A DNA stretch of 64,000 nucleotides, from assembly GCA_965206745.1 (NCBI GenBank), contig OZ242220.1, forward strand, positions 96,001-160,000. The letters are read 5' to 3'. The notes beneath the pieces were generated by a model. It was given only the letters and a program-made list of their open reading frames with translations, was not told the origin of the DNA and made no database searches. Position 1 is the stretch's first letter. Every line of letters starts with the position of its first letter. Origin of the DNA: Nitrosopumilus sp. (GTDB taxonomy: Archaea > Thermoproteota > Nitrososphaeria > Nitrososphaerales > Nitrosopumilaceae). Position numbers and translations under genes: made by a program. Shown piece by piece: positions 49,978 through 59,764 of this stretch.

Positions 49978-50734
49978 TTCTGGCCCTCCTTGACAAATTA
50001 TTTCTAATCTGGGTTATGTTCTCCCTCAAGTTCTTCTTGTTGTCAAAATCGGCAATTATTTTTTGGAGAGCCTTTCTATTTTTTTTTGAGAGTCTCTTTG
50101 ACTCATCAATTAGCAGATCAATTGCCCGCGTCACATTATCTACAATTGTAATGTTTGCAGCCTGTGAAGTTCTAGAGAGGGGATTCAGATCAAATGTTAT
50201 GACTGTCTTTCCCGCCCTTCTTAGTGCCATGGTCCTGTCCCCGTCTTCCAAAGGAACCAGGACGACATCTGCTGCAAAAATTCCGTCCTTGTCCACAATT
50301 CTTCTTGCAGAATCAATCCCTGGCAGCTTCTTAGATGAGTCAGTTTTTGAGCCTAGGACTTTGTCTGCCCCGTTCTTTTTGAGGGTCCTGATGATTGCCT
50401 TTTTTCTTTTTTCATCTGCATAAAACAGGTTCACCTCCAGCCTTGCATGGATCTGCCTTGAGAGTCTTACAACTTGTTTTGGACACAGTGCTGCCATGTT
50501 CCCATTAACTGAGATGACTGGCATCTCTGCCACGAGCAGCTGAGCGGCTGCGGCCTTGATGGCATGCAATGCAGTCCTTCCTGTCTTCTCCCCTAAAAGA
50601 TAATCAAAGGCCTCACCCCTGCCCTGGGCTAGGAGGCCTTCTTTTGCAACCAGCCCGTTCTCAAATCCCCGAACCAGCTTCTCACGAATCAAAAGTGATT
50701 TGGCTCTTGGATGTGATTTAGGAATTAGCGGCAT
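49970..50734 (-). CDS. Archaeal phosphopantothenate synthetase (PPS)
   Basis: HPRAKSL, GRGEAFDYLLGE, VPLEDGDR, DLNPLSRT. Confidence 0.92.
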   Translation of the reverse strand: MPLIPKSHPRAKSLLIREKLVRGFENGLVAKEGLLAQGRGEAFDYLLGEKTGRTALHAIKAAAAQLLVAEMPVISVNGNMAALCPKQVVRLSRQIHARLEVNLFYADEKRKKAIIRTLKKNGADKVLGSKTDSSKKLPGIDSARRIVDKDGIFAADVVLVPLEDGDRTMALRRAGKTVITFDLNPLSRTSQAANITIVDNVTRAIDLLIDESKRLSKKNRKALQKIIADFDNKKNLRENITQIRNNLSRRARIA

Positions 50735-50739
50735 GATCT

Positions 50740-51651
50740 TTAGTTACTTAGAACTCTGGCCCCATCATCATCCAACTCTGATCTTATCAAAATTCCATCA
50801 GGATATCTCTGCAAAATTTCCAAAACTCTGGATTCATCTTTTTGCGGTACCATCGAAAAGATTGTCTCGCCAAAAAGGGCAATCCCGCACTTGATGTTAT
50901 TATCGGATAACTCTCCAACTATCTTCTGCATTCTTGGAGTCATAATATCTACATACTTTGCAAATTCCAAGGACATGTCCTGAAAGTGATCATAGTCCCT
51001 TGACTCCAATAATCGGTTTACCATCTTGCCTCCCAGCCCGTTAATCTGTGGCAGACGTTCTTTGATGAATTTGTTTGTGGATATGGGGGAGAAGCAGATC
51101 ATGATGATTGAAATTTTTTCTGTTACGATCTTTTCAACAAGACCAATTCCTGGCGCACCTGCCTTGATGCGAATCTCAAATCCCCCGTGATAGGATGCCA
51201 GAACGTCTCCTAGTCCTGTCTTACAGTTGACTTCGGCATTGTGGGCAATTTGACCGACTGCCGTTCTCTTCAATTTGGTTCCAAGCCCTTGATCCAATGC
51301 AAATGACAGTGACAGTGCAACTGCGCTGCTAGAACCCAAGCCATAGCCGACTGGAATAGATATGTTGTGCTCTATCTCAAAGAACATGTCTGAAAATTCC
51401 CCTAGTTTCAAAAATTCATCTAGCACGTACTGTGAAACATCCGTCTTGTCTGACTGATACCCGTTTGTTGTAATTTTAAAATTTGATTCCCGGCTGCCCC
51501 TTCTCTGAATCTTTACCCTAGTTGTGACTCCGTGTTTGATTGAAAAACCTGCACCCATGGATCCCAGACTCTCTGAATCCTTTTGATTGCCCTCTAAATG
51601 GGCCTTGAAGAAACCTGTGATGTGTGCTGGACAAAATGCCTTTGCTTCCAT
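50740..51651 (-). CDS. Pantoate kinase (GHMP family, PoK)
   Basis: PAHITGFF, PVGYGLGSS, TGLGDV, GAPG; first gene of the CoA operon. Confidence 0.9.
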   Translation of the reverse strand: MEAKAFCPAHITGFFKAHLEGNQKDSESLGSMGAGFSIKHGVTTRVKIQRRGSRESNFKITTNGYQSDKTDVSQYVLDEFLKLGEFSDMFFEIEHNISIPVGYGLGSSSAVALSLSFALDQGLGTKLKRTAVGQIAHNAEVNCKTGLGDVLASYHGGFEIRIKAGAPGIGLVEKIVTEKISIIMICFSPISTNKFIKERLPQINGLGGKMVNRLLESRDYDHFQDMSLEFAKYVDIMTPRMQKIVGELSDNNIKCGIALFGETIFSMVPQKDESRVLEILQRYPDGILIRSELDDDGARVLSN

Positions 51652-51716
51652 TAATTTGAGTTTAAATTCTACACAAAATATAAGAATATGGCTTAAATTA
51701 CTTAAATTAGTATAAA

Positions 51717-52697
51717 TTGACTAAATTCATTCGACGCCTACAGAGGATTGGTAGCAGCATATTGGTATCACTGCCCAAAGAGTGGGTTGATGCAAATAAT
51801 CTTGACAAGGGCAGCCAGGTTGAACTTGATACCGGCCAGGATAGCATCTCCCTGTCTGCCAACAAGGAGACCCGGCCAACAAAGGAGATTGTGATCTCCT
51901 ACCCGCTACCAAAGGAGGAGAACATTGTTGCAAACATTACCGGCGCATATCTTTTGGGATACGATGTCATCATAATCAACTCAAAGTCCATCCTTCCAGG
52001 CAAAGATAGGGAGGAGATCAGAAATTCGATGAGAAGGCTAGTTGGAATGGAGATCATTGAAGAGGACGCATCCCACATTAACATGCAATTTCTTTTAGAT
52101 GCAACGACACTCAATCCGTCAAAAATTCTCAAAAGGATGAGCTCTATCGCGCTTGGCATGTATGATGATGTACTAAACGGATTAATCGCAGATGACAAGT
52201 CCAATCTTCAAACACTGTCAAACCGCGACGTTGAGGTGAATAGACAGTATTTCCTGCTTGTCCGTTTAATTCGCAGCACACTAGTTGATAAAAGACTCTC
52301 CAACGCATTTAATCTGGAAAATATAGACATACTTGATTACAGGGTTGCTGCAAACGGTCTTGAAAATGCCGGCGATTCCATCGTCGAGCTCTCAAACTTT
52401 ATCCTGAATTTTTCACTATCAAAAGAGCTCTCTAACAAAATTCATGATGTGGTAAAGGACTTTAACAAACTTGCCGAAAAATGCATCGATGCCTTCACAA
52501 AGCCTGATAGATTCTTGGCCATAGAGGCCATCTCAATGCATAAAAAATATGAGAAGAGACTCAGTTTACTCAAAACCACACTAGGCAGCAAAAAACAGAT
52601 TCCCTTGGATTTTCTTGATTTGGTCTACATGTTTGAGAGAATCGCGCAGTCCTGGGCTGATGTTGCAGATCTTGTACAGCCCATCTATAATGAGTAG
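51717..52697 (+). CDS. AbrB/PhoU phosphate uptake regulator
   Basis: RRLQRIGSSILVSLPKEW AbrB N-terminus plus PhoU repeats. Confidence 0.88.
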   Translation: MTKFIRRLQRIGSSILVSLPKEWVDANNLDKGSQVELDTGQDSISLSANKETRPTKEIVISYPLPKEENIVANITGAYLLGYDVIIINSKSILPGKDREEIRNSMRRLVGMEIIEEDASHINMQFLLDATTLNPSKILKRMSSIALGMYDDVLNGLIADDKSNLQTLSNRDVEVNRQYFLLVRLIRSTLVDKRLSNAFNLENIDILDYRVAANGLENAGDSIVELSNFILNFSLSKELSNKIHDVVKDFNKLAEKCIDAFTKPDRFLAIEAISMHKKYEKRLSLLKTTLGSKKQIPLDFLDLVYMFERIAQSWADVADLVQPIYNE

Positions 52698-53213
52698 CTA
52701 GCATAATTTTTTCTTTGCAGCATATGTCAGGACCGCACATATCGTTTTTGAATCTTGAATCTTGCCAGTCTTTATCATTGATACAAGTTTTTTAAAATCC
52801 ATTTTTACCACGGACAATATCTCATCCTCGTCTAGTTTCAGGCCAGATGTCTTCTTTACACCCGAGGCCACAAAGCAGTGGATTACCTCTGCATTATACC
52901 CAATTGACGGATAGTACGTGATTAGGGGGGTCATCTTTTTTGCCCTGTATCCCGTCTCCTCCTCCAACTCCCTAAATGCGCATGTTACGGGCTTTTCTCT
53001 CTTTTCCAGCGTGCCTGCAGGGATCTCCAGGACATACCCGTGTGGGAATCTGTGCTGTTTTACAAGAATCACTTTTTTATCCTCGTCAAAGGCAAGCATT
53101 GCCGCAGCTCCCCTGTGCTTGATGACCTCCCGCTTGACTCTCCTGCCTTCTATCTTTCCGTCATAGACACTAAGGCCCAAAATCCTTCCTTCGTAGATCT
53201 TTGTCTCCTTCAT
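52698..53213 (-). CDS. NUDIX hydrolase (ADP-ribose pyrophosphatase-like)
   Basis: EIPAGTLE...[11 protein letters not shown] Nudix box. Confidence 0.92.
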   Translation of the reverse strand: MKETKIYEGRILGLSVYDGKIEGRRVKREVIKHRGAAAMLAFDEDKKVILVKQHRFPHGYVLEIPAGTLEKREKPVTCAFRELEEETGYRAKKMTPLITYYPSIGYNAEVIHCFVASGVKKTSGLKLDEDEILSVVKMDFKKLVSMIKTGKIQDSKTICAVLTYAAKKKLC

Positions 53214-53447
53214 GTAATATGTGTAAAATTAGACTCTGTTAAGTTATCGGATCTTGCCTTGAAATTTTCAGTCTGATATATTTGAAACTATATTGATAAC
53301 AACAAAGATTGATGCATCAATTACCGATAGTATTTCTGACAGATGTCGTGTTCGCAACAAACCACATCTGATGTTTAGTCTCCAATTTCACAGCATCAAA
53401 ATGATTGCTTCGAATTATTTTAATATCTTATATTTTACAAATTTGTA

Positions 53448-55217
53448 TTGGCTGGAAATGCAATACTGGTACTAGCAGTGCTATTTGTTGGTATAATGAC
53501 TATTCCGGCATATGCAGAATCCTCTCCACGGGAACAACTCAAAGACGGCATTCCAATAAACCAGATCCAGTGCGGTGAGGAAAAGACCCTCATACAGTCA
53601 GCTGCAGGCAAGCCTGCATGCGTCTTTGGTGCCACCTTGGAGAGACTCCTTGTGCGTGGATGGAGCATTATAGAAATCGAGCCGGCCCCTGAACCTCAAG
53701 TGGTATTAGACACACCATCTGACCAACCGACAGAAGAGTATTCTCCTGAAGATGACATCATGTATCTACTAGCTCGTGGCCACATCACCACAAAGCATGC
53801 CCCAAAGCTGCCAGACCCTGATGCAGTCTGGTTTCCCATGCCCCTTGCAGATGCCGAAGTAGTACTGCAGCGTCTTTTAGATGCATACGATGACAGGATT
53901 GTATTATATGAGGAACCAAATAATTATTGCCATACTTTGGGCACGTGTCGTGTTCCCAACAGTACCGGCACCCTTCAACCCTCTTTAGAGTACAAGGGAA
54001 GTTATTTCTATGCCACAGAAAAGGGTGGTGAGGTTGTATTAAAAAAGAAATATCCCTCACATACAGATTCTGACATTGATTCGCCACATGCCATAAACAG
54101 AATAGAATACACCATACCCGAGCGTGTCCCATATGATCAACGGGAAGAGTTTATCACCTCGTTTATGGACAAGGCCGGATTTTACAACTCCTACATAGGT
54201 GGTCATCTAAGTGACAAGTTTGTTGTCTATGGAGGAATGGATCCCGTAGACGTATCTGATTCGTATGTATATTCAAGCAAGAAGGCAGGCACGGAGATAA
54301 GCTTCTCTGGCTGGACAAATAATGCAGAATCACTTTATGATTTGTTTCTAAGTGAGCCAGAACTGGAAAGGCGTGCATTCGAATTTGCAAGAAAACACAT
54401 GCATCTGATTAAACCGGAACTTTGTGAAACATTTAGGGAAAAACCTCTATCAGGCCGTGCATTTGATGGATTCACATCTGCCGGAACTTCATTTGCGAGT
54501 ATATCCATAGGTTATTGTGACGGAATAGATAGATCGTCTATGATGCTAGTAAATGTAGAAGACCTGGAAGGTAAGATCGCCTATTTTAAATATTCTACGG
54601 ATTTAGTTGATGACTGGTATGAAAGAGTTGATACTCCAAAATATGCCCTGGCTCATTTGCAATCAAAAATGCAGGAGCAATCAGGAACAGCTAAATCAAT
54701 ACCAACTATAAAACCAATCACAGTCACATCAACAAAGGACCTCTTTGAATCCAGTTATCATGAAAACGGAAATTTGATAGATGAGAAATGGTACCATGAA
54801 AGCGGAAATCCAAAAACTCAAAAAAAATACAATCTGCTTGGAAATGGAAATTTGGAACGGGAAACCCATTACCATGATGATTATAACGGATTTATAAAAT
54901 CTGACAAAGAGTGGCATGATAATGGACAATTATCAAGCGAGGGAGAATGGCATGAAAATGGAAAAACAAAATTTCGACGTACCTGGCATGATAATGGACA
55001 ATTATCATATGACATCATTTGGACATATGATGAAAATTGGAAATCACACTCTCTAAGCAAACTTTATTATGAAAATGGAAATTTATACATCGAGTCAAAA
55101 AAGGTTGGTTCACTAAATCATGATCAGATGATGCCGAAATATTATAGAGATTACTATGAGAATGGAGAATCCAGTTCTGAACGACACTATGACGACTATG
55201 GAAAAGAAATTTGGTAA
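53448..55217 (+). CDS. Secreted protein with thaumarchaeal N-terminal Cys motif and C-terminal MORN_2/YwqK-like repeats
   Basis: Signal peptide; SPREQ...IQC...KPACV...RGW; repeated (W/Y)(H/Y)(E/D)NG units in the last ~160 aa. Confidence 0.8.
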   Translation: MAGNAILVLAVLFVGIMTIPAYAESSPREQLKDGIPINQIQCGEEKTLIQSAAGKPACVFGATLERLLVRGWSIIEIEPAPEPQVVLDTPSDQPTEEYSPEDDIMYLLARGHITTKHAPKLPDPDAVWFPMPLADAEVVLQRLLDAYDDRIVLYEEPNNYCHTLGTCRVPNSTGTLQPSLEYKGSYFYATEKGGEVVLKKKYPSHTDSDIDSPHAINRIEYTIPERVPYDQREEFITSFMDKAGFYNSYIGGHLSDKFVVYGGMDPVDVSDSYVYSSKKAGTEISFSGWTNNAESLYDLFLSEPELERRAFEFARKHMHLIKPELCETFREKPLSGRAFDGFTSAGTSFASISIGYCDGIDRSSMMLVNVEDLEGKIAYFKYSTDLVDDWYERVDTPKYALAHLQSKMQEQSGTAKSIPTIKPITVTSTKDLFESSYHENGNLIDEKWYHESGNPKTQKKYNLLGNGNLERETHYHDDYNGFIKSDKEWHDNGQLSSEGEWHENGKTKFRRTWHDNGQLSYDIIWTYDENWKSHSLSKLYYENGNLYIESKKVGSLNHDQMMPKYYRDYYENGESSSERHYDDYGKEIW

Positions 55218-55268
55218 CTGGTGTCTGTGAGGGTATACATGTCTGCAAAGATTCTAAACGAGGACTGT

Positions 55269-55340
55269 CTTACTGATTATGGTGTGCATTTCCGTCACTA
55301 GGGAAATGGAATCAAGCACGTATTTCGTGCGCAAAATCAT
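55269..55340 (+). pseudogene. Possible IS481/rve integrase-core fragment
   Basis: LTDYGVHFRH*GNGIKHVFRAQNH resembles LTDxGxQF...GIKHILARVxHP; short and degenerate. Confidence 0.3.
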
Positions 55341-55500
55341 GATTTTACTCAGATGCGACACAAGATCTATCTGTGACAGGATTCAATCCTTCTGAATGCA
55401 TAGTAAATCTCTTATTGTATCAAATTACGAAAATTTCATTGAATAAGGTTATTTTGTTATTAATGCAGATAACATCAAGTGCAGATAGAGCAACGTTACA

Positions 55501-56763
55501 ATGAACAGAACTATAGTTGTAACAATATGTGCAGTACTGGTTGCATCCTCGATCATACTGTACGGTTCAAGCCAAATTGCACAGACAGGTACGGTAGATG
55601 CAATACCATATGATGGAACACAGATAATCTCAGAATCCATATCCTCTGCAAACAATCAATTTGCAGTTGACTTTTACAAGCAAGTTCTAGATGAAGAGTC
55701 AAGCAAAAACATATTCTTCTCACCTGCCAGCATGTATGTCGCATTCTCGCTTTTGTACGAGGGTGCCAAACAAGACACAGCACAGCAGATAGAAGATGTC
55801 TTTGGGTTTGAATCAGACGCATTTACACGACACAACGCCACAGCACATGCACTATCCTCGTTGAACCGTGATGATGATTACGCAACACTAAACATGGCAA
55901 ATGCACTGTGGATTGCAGATGATTTTGCCCCATACGAATCCTATCTTGATGTTGCGCGCAGCACATATCTTGCAGGGGCACAGACAGTGGACTTTACAGA
56001 TGAGAATGACAGTGTAAAGAGGATAAATGATTGGGTCGCTGAGAAAACCAATGACAAGATTAAAGAGGTGATAACTAGAGAAGATGTAAACAAACAGACA
56101 GCAATGGTGATAAACAATGCAATCTACTTCAAGGGGACATGGCTGACGCAGTTTCCAGAGTGGGATACAAGGGAATCAGAGTTTCATATAGATGCCACAA
56201 ACAGCGTCAATGCAGATTTTATGAATGTGGAAAGTGCGTTTAACTACACCCATTCAGACGGTGCCCAAATGCTTCAGATGCCGTACAAGGGTGACAGGCT
56301 GTCCATGCTGGTAATTTTACCTGTCGATCCTGATATGAGACAGTTTGAAGAGTCTCTGTCTGCCCAGCAGATACAGAGATGGGCAGATGGCATGACAATG
56401 CGTGATATATCTGTCTCGATGCCAAAATTTGAGACAAGGACAAACTATCTTTTGAATGATCACCTGACTGCAATGGGAATGCCTGATGTTTTTGATGAAT
56501 TTATTGCGGATTTGTCAGGCATTGGAATTATTCCGCCTGGGGAAAATCTGTATGTGAGCAAGGCAACTCAAGATGCGTATGTCAAGGTAAACGAGGAAGG
56601 AACAGAGGCAGCAGCCATTACCACCACCGTCTTATCTTTCCGCGAATCAGGTTCTTCAGATGTGCAGCCATTCATCGTTGATCATCCCTTCTTGTTTGTC
56701 ATACAGGATGATGAGAGCGGCATGATCCTATTCATGGGGCGAATCTCGAATCCTACATCCTAA
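55501..56763 (+). CDS. Serpin (serine protease inhibitor), exported or membrane-anchored
   Basis: NIFFSP, INDWV..KT..KI, NAIYFKGTW, MPKF, hinge EEGTEAAA, DHPFLF, ILFMGR. Confidence 0.95.
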   Translation: MNRTIVVTICAVLVASSIILYGSSQIAQTGTVDAIPYDGTQIISESISSANNQFAVDFYKQVLDEESSKNIFFSPASMYVAFSLLYEGAKQDTAQQIEDVFGFESDAFTRHNATAHALSSLNRDDDYATLNMANALWIADDFAPYESYLDVARSTYLAGAQTVDFTDENDSVKRINDWVAEKTNDKIKEVITREDVNKQTAMVINNAIYFKGTWLTQFPEWDTRESEFHIDATNSVNADFMNVESAFNYTHSDGAQMLQMPYKGDRLSMLVILPVDPDMRQFEESLSAQQIQRWADGMTMRDISVSMPKFETRTNYLLNDHLTAMGMPDVFDEFIADLSGIGIIPPGENLYVSKATQDAYVKVNEEGTEAAAITTTVLSFRESGSSDVQPFIVDHPFLFVIQDDESGMILFMGRISNPTS

Positions 56764-56860
56764 ATCGGCACTGTTGCCCATGAAAAACTAAATTAAAATC
56801 TTGGTTACAGAGTTTATCCATATTTGACATGTGGTTTTACTATGCAGAAATTATTCTTAC

Positions 56861-57763
56861 CTAACTAGTTTGATATGTCAAGTGCAATTTTGGTGATCTC
56901 TTGAAATTGCTTATTGCCTTTTCTATCCACTCTGTGTGAACTGAGATCTTTTTTGGAATGAATAGATCGGCTGATTTTATGTTTTTAACATTTCTAACCT
57001 TCTGTGTCAGATCATCCATCTTGAAGATATCATCACTATACATGAATAAGACGATCTGATTCTTTGCTATAAAGGGAATCTGCAAATATGATTCAGCAAA
57101 TGAGTCATTCAGACTTTCCAATGTCTCTTTCAGATCCCCCTCTATCCAAGTAAGTATGGCATGGGGAATAAAGTCCTCAATCTTTCTGGGATCATACACC
57201 AGAGTAAACTGTATGCCGTCATTTTCATGTAATTTTTCCATGCACCTTGCGATTGTTTTTGTCGCCATCTTTGTATTTCTTGCAATCTGTTCTATCCTCT
57301 GTCTAGGATCTTTGATCAGCTCTTCTAGGATCTCTAGATCCGTTTTTGTAAGATTCGAACTATATCCTGGGTTCTCTGCCTCAAAAATAGACAAGATTCT
57401 GACATCCTTCATCAATTCCTTTACAAGTTCAATCTTTTGATCCATGTCCTCCTTTATAGAAATCCCGCAGACCGTAGTTCCGCCCACACACGGGACCACA
57501 AAATACGGCTCGCCTACAAGACTTGCCTGCTCTAAAATTTCTGTCACATTCTCCCCTGATACCACAAAATACAGTATTCCATAGCCTAGTACGGGGGGCT
57601 CAACCTTGATGAAGAACTCTTCAATGATCTTCTTCTTTTGCATCTTTTGAATTCTGGCCCTGACTGCTCCACCGGACATTCCCAATTCCATGCCTATCTG
57701 TCTGTCAGATTCTCTACAGTTGTTGAGTAATCTGCTTAGAATTTTCATATCTAAATTGTCCAT
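56861..57763 (-). CDS. Tandem Lrp/AsnC-family transcriptional regulator
   Basis: Two HTH modules (MDNLDMKIL... and LTKTDLEIL...). Confidence 0.88.
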   Translation of the reverse strand: MDNLDMKILSRLLNNCRESDRQIGMELGMSGGAVRARIQKMQKKKIIEEFFIKVEPPVLGYGILYFVVSGENVTEILEQASLVGEPYFVVPCVGGTTVCGISIKEDMDQKIELVKELMKDVRILSIFEAENPGYSSNLTKTDLEILEELIKDPRQRIEQIARNTKMATKTIARCMEKLHENDGIQFTLVYDPRKIEDFIPHAILTWIEGDLKETLESLNDSFAESYLQIPFIAKNQIVLFMYSDDIFKMDDLTQKVRNVKNIKSADLFIPKKISVHTEWIEKAISNFKRSPKLHLTYQTS

Positions 57764-57879
57764 TATATCACCAAAACTGACTCCATTAACGATATAAATA
57801 ACTAATATTATATTAAATTGTCTATATCATTAGCATTATGTACCATATACATTAAATATTAGACTATTTTATCCACCTT

Positions 57880-59067
57880 ATGGATTATAGGGTGAAACTG
57901 GCAAAGAGGATGCTTTTCAATAAAAAAGGCAGTCTGATTGGAGCCGTCCTAGCAGTTACAATCGGAATCCTAGTCATTCACGTAAACTTTGTAATCTTTC
58001 AGGGACTCTTTGATGCAATAGTTCGAGATATCCGTGATTATACCACCGGTGATCTCATTGTGACTGATGAATTTGACTTTATTGATAAATCAGATCAGTC
58101 GCTGGTTCGATGGTTTGAGCGAATCCCAGTTGTACAAGCCGCGACGCCGCGGCTGTCTTCAGTTGCAGAGATGAACATAACCAAAAATGGAAAGCTTGTT
58201 GAGGAGACCAGAATACAATTGGTGGGAATTGATCCATTCAACGACATTAGAGCATCCACAGTATATCAAACCGTCTCAGAGGGAACCTATGTCTTTTCAA
58301 GAAACTCCCTAGTGTTGGGATCCAATGTGGCAGAAGATCTTGGAGGGGCAGAGGTTGGAGACAGTGTAAAAGTCTTGGTAGTTGATAGACGGGGCCAGGA
58401 TCAGATTCGAAGGTTCATAGTAAGCGGAATTGCAAACTCTCCAGGTGGCCAAGGATTTGACTATTCCGGAGTTATTCATATTGATACCTTACGTGACATG
58501 ATGGATCGACCTGGAGATACAGGCTCACTTATAGTAAAACTCCATGATCAATCCAAATCTTTAGAAGTCAAGGAATTCTTTCTGAGTTCATTCCCAAATG
58601 ATGATTTTATTGCTGAAACTATAGAGGAGGCATCTGAAGCACAGCTTGAAGGTTTTAGATCCGGCATTGCCCTGATTAACCTGATAGGATACTTTGGAAT
58701 GATGTCATCTGCATTTGCAATTGTTACGATTCAGATGATGTTGGTAAATGGCAAAACAAGGGAGATTGGCGTTATGAGGGCAATAGGGGCCAAACGCAAG
58801 GATATCCTGATAATCTTTATCTTCCAAGGAATGATAATTGGGGCCATAGGGGCCGGTGTGGGAACTGCAGCAGGATTAGGCTATACAGTATATGCAAAAG
58901 AGACCAAAATGTCATTTAATGGCAGCCTGGCCTTGGAGGTGACCTACAACTGGGAAAAAATAATTCAGACTGCCCTGACCTCGTTTGCCCTGGCAATCAT
59001 TGCGTCACTGTATCCGTCGTATAGGGCAACCAAACTACTACCTGTGGAGGCGATGAGAACTGTCTAG
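57880..59067 (+). CDS. ABC transporter permease (MacB/FtsX/LolE family)
   Basis: KTREIGVMRAIGA, YPSYRATKL..VEAMR. Confidence 0.92.
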   Translation: MDYRVKLAKRMLFNKKGSLIGAVLAVTIGILVIHVNFVIFQGLFDAIVRDIRDYTTGDLIVTDEFDFIDKSDQSLVRWFERIPVVQAATPRLSSVAEMNITKNGKLVEETRIQLVGIDPFNDIRASTVYQTVSEGTYVFSRNSLVLGSNVAEDLGGAEVGDSVKVLVVDRRGQDQIRRFIVSGIANSPGGQGFDYSGVIHIDTLRDMMDRPGDTGSLIVKLHDQSKSLEVKEFFLSSFPNDDFIAETIEEASEAQLEGFRSGIALINLIGYFGMMSSAFAIVTIQMMLVNGKTREIGVMRAIGAKRKDILIIFIFQGMIIGAIGAGVGTAAGLGYTVYAKETKMSFNGSLALEVTYNWEKIIQTALTSFALAIIASLYPSYRATKLLPVEAMRTV

Positions 59068-59764
59068 CGTACTTGAAGTTAGCAATCTCGATAAAATTTA
59101 TGGCGAGGCTGACAACCAGGTAAAGGCCCTTGATGATGTTTCATTTTCAATCAAACGGGGAGAAATCGTTCTAATCGTGGGAAGCTCCGGTTCTGGCAAA
59201 TCCACGCTACTTAACATGATTGGACTGCTGGATCGTCCAACTGGTGGCAAAGTCAGCATCGATGGAATTGACACTACAAAACTAAACGATGGCCAAATCT
59301 CGTCGTTTAGAAATACCAAATTGGGATTTATTTTTCAATTCTCTAACCTGCTGACTGATCTTTCGGTCTTGGAAAATGTACTGTTACCCGTACAAATCTC
59401 CGCTACTGCCAAGATCACTGAAAAGGATGCCAAGGAACTGCTGAAGATAGTCGGCCTTGAAAGTCAAATGTATAAACGCGCAAACAAAATATCTGGCGGA
59501 CAAGCTCAGAGGGTAGCCATTGCAAGGGGACTGATCAACAGGCCATCTATCGTGTTGGCCGATGAGCCAACTGGCAACCTTGATTCAGTTACCTCGGAGA
59601 CCATAGTGCAACTGATGAAATCAATGGCAAAAAAACTGAATCAGACCTTCATCATAGTCACACACGACAGACAACACTTTGGTGATGTTGACAGAGTGAT
59701 CACAATCAAGGATGGCAGAGCGTTTGAGGGTGACGTGCCATCAAAGATGGAGGTTGCCGCATGA
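59060..59764 (+). CDS. ABC transporter ATP-binding protein (LolD/MacB-like); 5' end extended beyond the ORF track
   Basis: Frame open from 59057; VLEVSNLDKIYG...ALDDVSFSI precedes Walker A GSSGSGKS; SGGQAQR, DEPTGNLD. Confidence 0.88.
   Translation: MSSVLEVSNLDKIYGEADNQVKALDDVSFSIKRGEIVLIVGSSGSGKSTLLNMIGLLDRPTGGKVSIDGIDTTKLNDGQISSFRNTKLGFIFQFSNLLTDLSVLENVLLPVQISATAKITEKDAKELLKIVGLESQMYKRANKISGGQAQRVAIARGLINRPSIVLADEPTGNLDSVTSETIVQLMKSMAKKLNQTFIIVTHDRQHFGDVDRVITIKDGRAFEGDVPSKMEVAA

Noticed and set aside
56767-56777. GGCACTGTTGC matching the start of the IS26-type inverted repeat after the serpin
   Set aside because: Only 11 bp with no partner end found; could be chance.
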